In this document: positions 36,838 to 50,068 of the stretch, piece by piece
Position numbering within the stretch: the first letter of the stretch is position 1
How the letters are laid out: the number at the start of each line of letters is the position of its first letter
Origin: a virus
Taxonomy: Duplodnaviria > Heunggongvirae > Uroviricota > Caudoviricetes
Reading direction: 5' to 3' (one strand)
Length of the DNA: 64,000 bases
IMG/VR virus record: IMGVR_UViG_3300033463_000007
Location: 95,865 to 159,864 of that record
Program-made: the position numbers and the translations under genes
The notes under the pieces: generated by a model
What the model was told of the DNA's origin: nothing
Databases searched by the model: none
The model's input: the letters and a program-made list of their open reading frames with translations, nothing else

Positions 36838-38238
36838 ATGATTGATAATCTTGAAGATTTTAATGTGAAACATTATGATATAATACTAGTTGGTGGTGGT
36901 ATTACAAATATTATATGCGCATTACAGCTAGCAAATGCCAATAAAACTGTTTGTCTTATTGAACAAGGAAATCCAATTAAAACACGTATTTGCCCAAAAG
37001 TAAAAACAGGAAAATGTATAAATTGCCAGTCCTGTCAGATTACTACTGGTTTTGGTGGAGCTGGGTTTTGTTCTGACTGCAAGTTAACTTATACTCATGA
37101 AGTAGGTGGAGACCTTGTTGATTATATAGATAAAGATACTTTTTACAAGCTACAGCAAAGTGTATCTGATATTTTCACAATGTTTGGTGCAGCAGAAACT
37201 TATGTTTATAATGAAGATTTTGCAAATAAATTTCAGTATGAATGTTCCAAATACGGTATGAAATTACTTAAATATCCAGTTAGACATTTAGGTACCGACG
37301 GGGCTAGAGGAGTAATGGAAGATATTTGGAAATACTTAAATAATGCTTCAAATATTGAAATAAGATGTAATACAAAAGTTACTGATATTGATTTTACTAA
37401 TAAATATATTAAAATAGAAAGAGGCATTCATACTTCAGTATTTAGTGCCGACTATATCTCTATTGCTGTTGGTAGGCATGGTAGTGAATGGCTATCTAAT
37501 TTATGTAAAGAGCAGAATATTAAGGTTAGTGCCGGTTCTGTTGATATTGGTGTCAGAGTAGAGTGCCCAAGATCTGTTACAGATAAAGTTACTAATAATC
37601 TTTATGATATGAAAATAGTTTATAATGGAGCTACTGGAAACACCTGCAGAACTTTTTGTGTAAATCCTGGTGGTGAAGTCGTTAGGGAAAACTATGATGG
37701 CAATATTGCTTGTGTAAATGGCCATGCGTTATCAGATAATAAACTATTTACTACAAATTTTGCTATTTTAGTTAGTTGTCATTTTACTGAGCCTTTTAAT
37801 TCTCCAATTGAATATGGTAAGAGTATTTGTAAACTTTCTAATATGCTTTCTGATGGTAAGCCTATGGTTCAAAGATTGGTAGATTTAAAGGCTTATAAAC
37901 GTAGCACAGCAGATAGAATTAAAAAACTTATTTATACCCCTACATTAGCAGAGGCTGAACCTGGAGATTTACGCTATGTATTTCCGTCAAGAGTAATTGA
38001 TTCTATTTTAGATTTTCTTGAAAAATTGGACAATGTTATTCCTGGTATTAATAATGGACAAACAATTTTGTACAGCCCTGAGTGCAAGTTTAGTTCGGCT
38101 AAAATAGAATTAAATAATAAATTACAAACACCAAATTATAAAAATATTTATTTTGCTGGCGATTCTGCTGGAATTAGTCGTGGAATAATGCAAGCAGCTA
38201 TTGCAGGCCTATTTATTGCGAATGATATTTTAGGGTAA
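36838..38238 (+). CDS. FAD-dependent oxidoreductase (uncharacterised FAD dehydrogenase type)
   Basis: VGGGITN Rossmann-like motif; GFGGAGFCSD; RHLGTD; RTFCVNPGG; YFAGDSAGISRGIMQAA. Confidence 0.8.
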   Translation: MIDNLEDFNVKHYDIILVGGGITNIICALQLANANKTVCLIEQGNPIKTRICPKVKTGKCINCQSCQITTGFGGAGFCSDCKLTYTHEVGGDLVDYIDKDTFYKLQQSVSDIFTMFGAAETYVYNEDFANKFQYECSKYGMKLLKYPVRHLGTDGARGVMEDIWKYLNNASNIEIRCNTKVTDIDFTNKYIKIERGIHTSVFSADYISIAVGRHGSEWLSNLCKEQNIKVSAGSVDIGVRVECPRSVTDKVTNNLYDMKIVYNGATGNTCRTFCVNPGGEVVRENYDGNIACVNGHALSDNKLFTTNFAILVSCHFTEPFNSPIEYGKSICKLSNMLSDGKPMVQRLVDLKAYKRSTADRIKKLIYTPTLAEAEPGDLRYVFPSRVIDSILDFLEKLDNVIPGINNGQTILYSPECKFSSAKIELNNKLQTPNYKNIYFAGDSAGISRGIMQAAIAGLFIANDILG

Positions 38239-38259
38239 TAAAATATTTAATATATTATA

Positions 38260-38302
38260 AAATAGCCAGTCATTAGGTTGACTGGCTATTTCTATTTTTT
38301 TT
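38260..38302 (+). terminator. Rho-independent terminator
   Basis: AATAGCCAGTCA / TGACTGGCTATT plus T tract. Confidence 0.85.
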
Positions 38303-38306
38303 ATTT

Positions 38307-38320
38307 GCTAAATTATATGA
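38307..38320 (+). promoter_or_regulatory. putative phage late promoter, copy 5
   Basis: GCTAAATTATATGA heading the 24-kb tail cluster. Confidence 0.6.
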
Positions 38321-38356
38321 TTGAACAAACTCTCAAAATAAAAAGGAGTGCATTAT

Positions 38357-38758
38357 ATGCCTAAATTAGATGATTTTACTGAATTAACTAATTTTGATAA
38401 TAGATTTAAAGGTCATATGGATAAAGAAGATGAAATTATTGTGGGCGGTACTAGTACACATGTGTTTATTTTACCCTTTAAATATAGTGAGTATGTTGTA
38501 ACAAGTAAGTTATTGTATAAACAAGGACTATTTACAGTTCTCGAAAAAGGACCAAGTGAATATGAATTAAAAGAGACAGAGTTTGGTACAACAATATTAA
38601 CAGTAAAATTAACATCAGATGAAACAAAGTTATTTAATCATCCCTTATTAGATACTTATGTGCAAATGCAAATACATACAGTTAATGATGAAATTTTATA
38701 TAATAAACTTAACAAAATTAAAGTAATTGTACCAATTGCAGATATATTATTAGATTAG
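38357..38758 (+). CDS. putative baseplate-upper-like adaptor protein
   Basis: AAGGAG RBS; resembles BppU N-terminal domains (weak recognition). Confidence 0.5.
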   Translation: MPKLDDFTELTNFDNRFKGHMDKEDEIIVGGTSTHVFILPFKYSEYVVTSKLLYKQGLFTVLEKGPSEYELKETEFGTTILTVKLTSDETKLFNHPLLDTYVQMQIHTVNDEILYNKLNKIKVIVPIADILLD

Positions 38759-38773
38759 TTATGGAGTGTTTAA

Positions 38774-39487
38774 ATGAATAAAACAGAATTTCATGGTACA
38801 AATATTATACCAACCGAATTTAATACTAATAGTACCTTTAATACTTCTGTTATAAATAATACATCTCATATTCCTATTACTATAAAAACAAAAGGGGTTA
38901 TTCCAACTGGATACGGTCATATGGCCAGGGATGCATTTTTAAAATTGCAGTTAGATAATGAAGCTGGTAATTATTTAACATTAGAGCAGCAAGAAAATAA
39001 AGTTATTTTATCTTTATTTTCAAAAACAGGCCAGTTATTAAATTCAGTAGAACTAAATAATGAGTTGCCAGATAGGCTTGGTGTACAGGATAAATATTTA
39101 TATATTGATGTAAATGGTAATCTTGTTTGACAAGAAGGTACCAGTGGCCAAGGTGATGTAAAAATTAAATATGATACAGTTGCTGGATGAAATAGTCAGC
39201 CATATTTAAGATCATTGCGTGGCACTTTATATGTTTATATAGATAAAGACTATATTGATAATCCAGATGGAACAAGAACTTATATTCCTGGATTAAAAAT
39301 AGGTGATAATAATGCTTATTTAATTGATAAGCCTTTTATTACAGATGCAGTAGAATATAAATTAGTAAATCATATGAATGATTTATTATCACATGTATCA
39401 GCAGAAGATCGTAGACGCTGAGATAATAAATTAAATTGTATTGATCCAGTAGTTTTAGATGACTTATTAGAATTTACTCGTGATTAG
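38774..39487 (+). CDS. putative tail-associated protein (237 aa, code 4)
   Basis: Joins track ORFs 38774 and 39215 through three TGA; KIGDNNAYLIDKPF and HVSAEDRRRW motifs. Confidence 0.75.
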
Positions 39488-39508
39488 TTTAATTAAGGAG
39501 ATATAAAA

Positions 39509-39817
39509 ATGGCACAAAAACCCCTTACTTCTATAAAATTCCCAAATAACTCAAACTTATATGTTGTAGATCATCCACACTTTAATTGCATTTATGATAG
39601 CACAACTTATGATGCTATAATAGATGCGATTACTGATGGCTTTCTTCCTATTTGTCAGCATGAAGGCAGTCAATATATTCTGTCTGCCTATAATGAGAAT
39701 ATAATTTATTTTGGAAGTGCTTCAGATAAATTATATACTTTATCGGTTACATCTGAGGATGTATGAAATACCACAGAAGTAGATAGTTCAGCAGTAATCT
39801 TTGTGGATTGAAGTTAA
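39509..39817 (+). CDS. small tail-associated protein (102 aa, code 4)
   Basis: AAGGAG RBS; TTYDAIIDAITDG motif shared with fibre genes. Confidence 0.7.
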
Positions 39818-39876
39818 AGTATTAAATTATTAGATTAAAGTAAATAAAAGTAAAAATTTCAAGGAGAAGAAATAAA

Positions 39877-41316
39877 ATGGCAGGTGAATACTCAAGTTTA
39901 CCAAAATTAAAAAGAATTAAATTACCATCTGGTACTACCTATGCAATAGTTGATGCAGACGGTAGATCAATGGTTGCAGCTACCTTTGCAAAAGCTAGTG
40001 CTTCTATTGGTGATTATATTATTTATCAAGATAGTTTATGAAGATGTACAACTCCAGTTACAGCTGGTGCAGATTGAGACGGTTCTAAATGAGAGCCAGT
40101 TACAGTTACATCTGAATTAAAGTCAATTAAGACAGCTATTTCAGGTGGTATTCATTATCGTGGTTATACTACTACTTCACTCTATGAAGGATCTTCAGAA
40201 AACCCAATTGTTATTAATAATGCTTCATTTACTTGTGAAAGTGGCGATATGGTTATTGAAACACCCCCAGATTATGAAATTGGTGTTGCATATCTCGCAG
40301 GAGAATATGTAGTTGGACCAGATAGTGTTACTTATCAAGTAGTTGATTCTATTACAGCAGCAGATAATACAGGTTTTGCTGCGCTAAATACTCGTGTTGT
40401 TGCAAATAAACCAGAATTTATTTTTGATGGCAGTGTTTGGAATGAGCTAGGTGCAGCAAATCCAAAGGGTTTTGGAAAATTAGCTTATAAAGATTCAGCA
40501 CAGGGTACTTACACTAGGCCAACAGGTTCTGGCTCAGTTAATATTAATACTTATACACCTACTAAAGCAAGTTTATCAACCACAAGTATTAAACCTACAG
40601 GTGGTACAACATCTGCATCCGAGGTATCTGTAAAAACTTCAAAAACATTTGCTATAAGAAATGCTGAGGCAACCACAGTTGCAGTAAGAGATAGCACTGC
40701 AACTCTTGTTGGTAATGCTGATGTTGATACTGCAGTTGCCGTCGGTACTAGTTTATCTGGAACGACTACTTTTGTTACAACAGCTTTAAAAACAGCCTCT
40801 TTGGGTGGTACACAAACATTTAATACAGATGCAATTAAAAGTGCAGTACTTACAGGCACTGATGGTACTACTGCAGCCAAGGAAGGTATTGTAGCAGATG
40901 TAGATGGTGATTTATTAGAACTTGAATATGCTGGAACCACTTCACTTTCTAATACAACTTCCGCTGCAACAACTGCAACGGTCACCTTATCAACAACCAA
41001 TACAGGCTCTTCAGATGAGGGCACTGTAACATTAAGCACAACAAATATTACACCAGCCAAGGCAGTAACAAATGCAAGTACATCAGTTTGAGGCGCAAGC
41101 AGTACTACAGATATTTATGGAACAAGCGGTACAGACACAGCAATTTCAGAATTAAATATTACACCAAGAACAGTTGCGCTTGAGGGTTCTGCCACAACCG
41201 TAGCTACTGGTAGTTTAGATAATTCTGGAAATCAATTAGTAACAGGTCTTACCGTTGGACAAACATCTGCAACAGTAACAGTTGGTACTGAATCTGCTTC
41301 TGTTGTTGTTGAATAG
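39877..41316 (+). CDS. T/S-rich tail-fibre-like protein (479 aa, code 4)
   Basis: AAGGAG RBS; KRIKLPSG N-terminus; YQDSL(W)RC...(W)DGSK(W)E carbohydrate-binding-like motif; contains track ORF 40249. Confidence 0.8.
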
Positions 41317-41373
41317 TTATTAAATTTATTTAGTTTATTATTTTAAAAAATCATTCTTTGGGGGAATTTAATT

Positions 41374-44300
41374 TTGGCATTACCAGAAAAAAGAATAAAA
41401 AGAATTAAATTACCCGGGGATTCCGGTGGAAATAGGACATATGAAATAGTTCCGGGGAGCCTTGTATATCATAATACTACAACAAATTTAGATTATGCTA
41501 TACAACCCCCGGCTGTTTCAGCTGATTCTACACTTGTTGTGACTTCGGACTTAGCTACTGTTGCAACTAGTGGTTCTTATAATGATTTAATAGATAAACC
41601 CACCACTATCGAATCCGCTGATAATGCAGATAAAGTTGATCAGCTTCATATGCTTGATCAATCTTTTGCATATAACAATGCATTAACTATAGAAATTGGT
41701 GCTGTACAAGCTATAGTTAATACAGGTTTAACTGAGTCCGAGATATTTGCATTAGCACCTACTGGTAGTATTTATGGTAAATTATATTACGCATCTGATA
41801 CCCAAAGATATTGGAGACGTCATGTAACTACTGCTGGCGCAAGTTCTTCTTACTGAAGAAATGATACTGCCAAAGTACCTGATTCATTAGCTCTTGCTAA
41901 TCAACAGACCTCTGAATCTTTTATATTTATTAGATTAGATACTAAAACAGCCTACTATTCAAAGTTAGCTAAATTTTTTGTTACTGCCGGTTATGATAAT
42001 ATTAATGGCTCCACTAATATAATGGGCTTCTGCCGTCAGCAGAATCAATTTGAAATAACTTCTTGTAATTATAATGGTAATAACTTACTTGGTGTTTATC
42101 AAGAGAGTGCCAATACCAATAAGTATATTTTTAAATTCAGAAAATATGGCGGTACTTATGGTGCAGAAAATACTTATAGAGCTATAATTACTATTTATAC
42201 AAATTTTGGTGCTGCCTCATCTACAATAGAATTTATAGATAAAAATCATGCAGATTATAATACAGTAGCTAACTATAGTTATAGAGATGTTCCAGCTTAT
42301 GGTATAGTTGGAAATTCTATATATGGTACATTATTACCGATTTCAAATAATGCATATGATTTAGGTAATAGTAGTTATAAATGAAGAGATTTACATCTTA
42401 ATAGAAATTTATATCTTTATAGTAATCAAATTAAAAATAGTTCATATACTTGAACTTTTCCAGCAAAAACTGGTACAGTTGCTTTAACTTCTGATTTAAC
42501 TAATCTTGATACTAACCAAAAAATTACCGCGAACGGCACCACTTTTGGTACTAATGATACTATTAATTTAATTCCAGGGACTAATGTTGCTTTTAATACG
42601 GTTACAACAGGTACTGGTGCTCCGTCTATTACAATTTCAGCCACAGATACAACATATGAATCTAAGGCTGCAGTATCTGGCGGCACTGATGTTTCTCTTG
42701 TTACAACTGGAGAAAAATATATCTGAAATACTAAGCAAGATGCTTTAACTTTTGACAATACTCCAACTCAAAGTAGCACAAACCCTGTTACAAGTGGTGG
42801 TATATATTCTGCTATTGATGAAGTTAGAGAAATTGCAGAAGGTAGAAAACAAACTTATGTTGTAAGTGATGTAACCTGTCCAGAATTTAATTCGCAAACA
42901 GATCAGATTACAGTTACAGGTACATTTTTTACTGATGTAGCGGGCATAACACATAATTGAAATACTATTAAGCCTGGTGATACCTTTTATGTTGTTGAGA
43001 CAGATATTCCAGATCGCTGAGTAAGTAATTTACAACTTCATTCACAAGTTAGTACTTTAGCTGGTACAACTTGATTAATGAATAATGAAATATCTACTAT
43101 AATAGGCAACTGGACAGCAGCTAATTTAAATTTTACCAGTAATGGAAATTCTTATACTTCAATTGTAGGCTATACAGAATCTGGCAAAATTGTTTTACAA
43201 TATAGGAATGGTAGCACTCCAACTGAAGTTTATCGCGCACCTGCAGGCTGAGTTAATGATGCTTATAAAAATATTAGTATTATTAATGGTACTGATGTTG
43301 AAACAGCTAATGTTATTTCTTGATTTAATACTAATGCTACAATTGATTCTAATATATATGAAGTTACACTACCAAAGCTTGAAACCGTAAGGGTACCTGT
43401 TACTTCAGTCAGCGTAAATAATAGCACCATTACTCCAGTTAATGGAAATGTTAATATTACAGTTCCTACAACTACTAATGAATTAACTAATAATAGTGGT
43501 TTTATTACACTAAGTGATGTCCCTCAAGAAATTTATTGATGTACTTATGGAACTACAACTTATACTCAAATTACACAAGCATTAAGGGATGGTAAGTTAC
43601 CAGTATGTTTTTATGATAATAAAGAGTATGTTTATGTAGGATTATCCACAACAAATAGATATACTTTTGCATCTCAGTTATTTGATACTTGCCGTTATAT
43701 AAGTGTTAATGATTCAAATAGTTGAGGAAATGGTACTAATAATTTTGAAGTTACTTCAAATAAAGTTACATCTATTTCTTCTTCATCTACAAATACACAA
43801 TATCCAAGTGCACTTTCTGTATATAGTTTTGTAAATAATAGTTTACCAACAATTGGAATTTTAAATACCAATAATACTGCAACACAAACACCCACGGCCA
43901 GTGAAAGCTTTTCTAATACAATTAATTTACATAAAGTTTCAAAAACTGGTTCATATATAGATTTATTAGATAAGCCAACAATACCAGATAATACCGACTT
44001 TGTTGATTTATCAACCAATCAAACTATTAATGGAGTAAAGTCTTTTACTCAAAGACCTACATTATTTACAACTCGTTTACCAGATGTTTATCAAGAAGTA
44101 ACTTATTTACATGCTGATGGTAATCAGTATATTGATACTGGTATGCATGGTTACATGGGTTGAACTTATAAATTAATATTCCAGCAGGATAATGCAGTTA
44201 GTTATAGATGTTGAGGTGTATTTAATCAGTCATCATATAATGGCGGTTTAAATATGTCTTTAACGTATACATTTCCTGATTGAATGTTACGTTGAGAGAC

Positions 44301-47300
44301 AACTTCTGGGCAAACAAGAAATGTGTTATTAGCTCCAATTGATACAGAAGTTCATACTTTAATTGTAGATAATGGTGATACTTATTTTGATAATATTTAT
44401 AAGGGTAAATCACTTGCTCATGATAGCTCAGTAGAATCTAATTATAATGCTTATCTATTTACTATAAATCCAGGTGGAACAACACCGACTACTAGCTTAG
44501 TAGGTAAAATTTTCTATTACGAAGTTTATGATAATACTGGTACCTTAAGACAGCAATTTATTCCTTGTATAAGGAAAGCTGATAATAAACCTGGTTTTTA
44601 TGATTTAGTTTCAGATACTTTTAAAATCAATGCTTCTGGTAGTTCTGATGACTTTACTATTGGAAGTATAGTAACTGATAGTACTTTTTTGGTTGCGGCT
44701 GATTTAGCAAGTGTCGCAACTAGTGGTAGTTATACTGATTTAACTAATAAACCTACACATACACTAGATCAGTCTGCTTCTAACAAAGTTAGATTAACCG
44801 TTACTGGCGAAGCAGCACAAGAAATTACAATTAATAATGTTGCTAATGCAAGTCAAGCAACATATGCATTAGATTCAGATAAATTAGATGGTCATTCTTC
44901 TGATTATTTTGCTGTTGATGCAGATACTGTTAAATTAGCAAATACTCAAACAGTTACGGGTCAAAAGAATTTTGGTCTAGATCCGACTATTGATTGAGAA
45001 ATAGATATAACAGGGCAAGCTGTAGATATAAGTGATTTTAAAGCTATTGAATATTTAATATTTAATGGTACTGACTACATAGATACAGGTTTAACTTTTA
45101 CAACAAATGCAAAAGTTGGACTTGATTTAACTATGCAAAATATAGGTACGGGTGCACAAGGATTATTCGGTCGTTTTGACTCTGGTACAAGTGCTTATAT
45201 CGTAAAAAATACCGCTGCTGCAAATATTCAAATTACAGTGGAGGCAGATAGTTTCACGGGTTCACCCGGGTTTACATCTGGTCAACGCTATTTAATTGAA
45301 TGAAAAAATAAAAATATTTATGTTGATAATATATCAGCTATTGCTGCCACGACAATCAGTAATTTTGAGGCTTCTCCTGCATATATCGGCAACAGATATA
45401 CTACAGGTGGCTCTGTTACTAATGGTTTAAATGGTAGATTATATGGTGCTACCTGAACTGAGGAAAATGGTAATAATCATATTTATAAACCATGTTATCA
45501 GGTAAGTACAAATCAAGTCGGTTTATTTGATATTAATTTTGGTAAATTTTATCCTGTTTACAATTATTCAGATCAAACTACACCAAAAACATACACTTTA
45601 AATACGACAGGTGGACCCGAAATTGCAACACCAATTACTTTTAATAGCACTATTGCAAGTTATGTTACTAATGCTGTAAATACAGTTGCTTCTAAGGTTA
45701 GAATACCATCTTGAGCTGAGACAACAGCAGTAGATAATATTTCTTCTGGACCTATTAATATTGGTGGTACAGTTTCAAGTGATAGTAATAATAATACTTA
45801 TATTAACTTTGGTACTGCTGCAAATCCAAAAGCAAAGAACGCTTTTATAACTACCTATAATAATGGCTTTATAATGGGTGCAAATGGTCAGACATTATAT
45901 TTTATGATGGCTGATGCATTAAGACCCACTTCAAATGCAAATGGTGCGGCTTTAAAATTAGGTAATACTACTAGGGCTTGAAATGCTTTATATATTGGTG
46001 CAAATGGCCAAACTTCAAACGATGCAGGTGCTATAGTATTTAATAATAGTTATGCCGGAATGTTAAAGTCCGCTACTTTAACTGCTGCAAGAAATTGAAC
46101 TTTACCGAATAATACCGGTACTATTGCATTAACAACAGATATTCCATCTATAACTTTAACAACTACAGCTGGCAGTGAAGCTTTAACTGTTGGGTCAGAT
46201 ACCTTAAACTTAGTTACGCGTGATACCGCACAAACCGTTTCTGGTATAAAAACATTTTCAGCAACACCAATTTTATCAAATAATATTTTCTTAAAAGCGA
46301 TGCATCCAACTAATGGTAATTCATATGCATTAATTGGAATGACAAATGGTGCAAATGTTGAAGTTGGTTTTAATACTGAAAAAATTATTTTAAATGGCTC
46401 TAGCTTATATCCAGCCTATAATATAGATTTAGGTAATACTACACAGCAGTGAAAAAATATCTATCTTACTGATACTAGTAAATTAATTAATAAACCTAAA
46501 AATACTTCAGTCGGCTTAGTTTTACCTGATACAACAAGTTGGACAGCAGATAAAACTATTGCCACATTAGATGATATTCCTGCTATACCATCGGCAGAAA
46601 TTTTCTGGGCTACTTATGGAACTACTACTGGAGCTGAAATTGCTGCAGCTATTACAGCAGGCCAATATATTGCTGTAAAATATAGTGGTAATATTTATGG
46701 TGAGTGCATGTTGCATCCCTCTGAGGGTACAAATAATCATGGTAGATATTATTTTAGTGGCTTTTATGGTTCTTACACTAGATTGTATGTATATTGTGAT
46801 GTAGAAATTCCAGAAGGCTCATCTGCTCCTGTTTGAAGTCATGGTACAAGAGCTTTTGGTGATATGACAACTACGGGAGCTCAAACCGTTTCTGGTAAAA
46901 AAACATTTAGTATCGCTCCAATATTAAATAATAGTATTTTCTTAACTGGCAAAGCTACAACTAATGATGAACGTAATTTAATTGGTGTTAATGGAAGTAA
47001 CCAAGTCGTCGTTGGTAATACTACCAATGATGTTGTTATAGAAACACAAGCTAATTTATTACCTAGTGCTAATGCTACAAAAAATCTTGGCTCCTCCTCA
47101 GTAAAGTGGCAAAATTTATATTTATCTGGTAATTTATCAGATGGTACTAATAATGTTTTAATTAGCAATATTGTTACTACAAATACAGATCAAACCATCA
47201 CAGGTACAAAAACATTTGGAACCTCTGCTACAAGTGCCGATTTAAAGGTTGCCTATGGAGCATTAGTTTTAGATGGTACAGCTGGGAGTATTTCAAGTAC

Positions 47301-50067
47301 AACTTCTTGTATTAAATTTGTTAATGGTTCTACTGAATACCATTCTATTAAAGCAAACACTTCCGGTATACTATTTAGCGCAGCTGGAAATAACTATGGT
47401 TTTTATAGTTATGGTTTTACTCCGACTGCTTCAAATAGTTTAGATTTAGGTAGAAGTAATGTAGGAACTGGTAGATGAAATAATATCCATATGGCTGGAA
47501 CCATTAAAAAATATAATGGTGATACAGCTTATACATTAACCCTACAAAATAAAACTGGTACAGTTGCTTTACTTTCTGATATTCCATCAGCTCCTGTAAC
47601 AGATGTTCAAATAAATAATACAAGTATTTTATCAAATACAGTAGCAAACTTTAATACAAAAACTGCTTATAATGCATCTACAAATAAGATTGCTACTGAA
47701 AGTGATATTAGCAATGCTACTATTACTATTCACCAAGATGGTATTGCGACAGATCAAACATTTACATTAAATGGTAGTAATACAACCATTAATTTAAATG
47801 ATACTAATACAACTTATGCTTTAAGTACTGGTGATTCTGATGGCCAAATTAAAGTTACACCTTCAGTAGGTGATGCTTATAATGTAGCTGTTAAAGGACT
47901 TGGAAGTGCTGCATATACTGATAAAGCAGCTTATTGAGTATCAAATTTCTCAGCTTCCGCAACAAATATTGCAAGTACTTCTGAAAATCCAGCAGATTTA
48001 AATACATATACAACCCCTGGTAGCTATAAGGTTGCAGGTGCAGCAATAGCAGCTACAATTTTAAATGGACCTCAAAAAGCTACAGGTTATGCCTTCCAGG
48101 TAGTCCAAGGTGGTGGCGGTCAAGCAATTTATCAGATAGCTTACGTAAATGCACAAGAACCTACCAATCCAAATTCTGGTGGTCGTGTATTTTTACGTAT
48201 GAGACATGGAAATTCCGGAAAGTGATTCCCATGAACAGAGTATGTTTTCAGGTCTGGCACTATTGCGGATAAACGCTTAGTTAGATGAAAAAATAAATTA
48301 GATGATTCATTAACCACTGATCCAACAAACATTATTGGTGCTTTAGTAGATGCCGGTATAAACTATGACGAAGTAGTTAATACTACAAGCACATTAACAG
48401 CAGACAAGATTGTTCTTGGTAATGGAACCAAGAAGGTTAAGATTTCTTCAACATCATTATCAGATCTAGCTTTAAAATCAGAATTACCAGATATTACAAA
48501 TATGGTATCAACAACCGATACCCTTACAAATGATTATTTAATTCTTGGTAATGGTAATAAAGCTGTTAAAAAATCATCAATAGCTATTTCTGAAATTGCT
48601 CTTAAAACAGACATTCCAGAAGCTATGGTATTTATTGGCACTGTTGGTGATGCCGCAGATTCTCCAACTACAACCTGGGCTAATTTGCCAACAGCAGGAA
48701 GTACCAATAAGGGTAATACCTATAAAGTTATAACAGCTCATGCAACTACCCCAATTTGTAAAGTTGGTGATACAATTATTTCAAATGGAACAGAATGAGT
48801 AGTTATTCCTTCTGGTGATGAACCTGGTGGAACGGTTACAAATATTGGTGCAGAGAAAGGTTTAATCACTGATCAAACTTCTGGTGCTGCTATCACATCT
48901 TCTGGTAAGATTAAAGCTAACTTAGTAAATGAAACACTTGCCGCTAATGCTTCAAGTTATGTTACAGGTGCAGCCACAAAATTCTATGCTGTTCAATTAG
49001 ATAGTAATGGAAAATTAGCTGTAAATGTTCCTTGAACAGATAATAATGATAATACTTGAAGGCCAATTCAAGTAGGCGGAACTGAATTACTTGGAAGTGC
49101 TACTTCTACTGGTTATGTTAATTATAAAGCAGCAACAGATTCTGGTTTATCCGTTACAGGTTCGGGTCATGATATTACAATAGGACCAGCTTCTGGATAT
49201 ACAATTCCAACTGCAACAAAAGTAAATGAATGAGATGAAAAGCAAGATGCTTTATCAACTCAAACAGCTTATACCTCTAAGGGAACGGCCACAAAAGTTC
49301 CACAAATTACAACAAATACGCTTGGTCAAGTTACTGGTATCACTGAAGTAGACATTAATTTCCCAACATTTACAGATCATAATCAAACTGTTGGGGCTAA
49401 AAATTCAAGTAATACTGATATAACTTTTGGTGCTGATGCAACTGTAAAATTTATTAAAGGAACAAGTTCACATCTTACTGTTGTTGGTGATAGCTCAGCT
49501 AATACAATTACTATTGATTTTGATGACACAGTAATTCCTGCAGCACAAATTCAAAGTGATTGAAATCAGACCAATACTAATGCCAAAGATTATATTAAAA
49601 ATAAACCAAGTATACCAGAGGCACCAGTACAAAGTGACTGAAATCAAACTACAACTACTGCACTTGATTATATTAAAAATAAACCAAATATTCCAAGTAC
49701 AGCAAATTGGTCTGATAAAGCAGCTTCTGATCATACTCATGGTAATATTACAAATGATGGTAAAATTACAGCTACAGCAGTAAGCACAGGTTCTGGCTTT
49801 GTAATTTATGATAGCAATAATTTAATTCAACGAATTACAACTGCTAATGCAAAAACTTTGCTGGGTGTACCCAGTTCTGTTGGTGTAACAAGTGTTGGTA
49901 TGACCGTTCCAACTGGGTTATCTGTTTCACCAGCTTCGATTACATCTACAGGTACTTTTGCTATCACATATGCAACTGGTTATAGCATTCCAACAGATGA
50001 AAAGCAGACATACTGAGATGGAAAAGTTGATGCAGTTGATTTACCACAAGTAATGAGGTTTATATAA
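41374..50067 (+). CDS. giant tail-fibre/adhesin-like protein (2,897 aa, code 4)
   Basis: Read codon by codon: a single frame with no TAA/TAG until 50065, about 35 TGA versus about 7 TGG. Track ORFs 41374, 42022, 44323, 46864, 47491 and 48502 are all in this frame. Contains LamG-like and fibre modules. Confidence 0.9.
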
Positions 50068-50068
50068 T

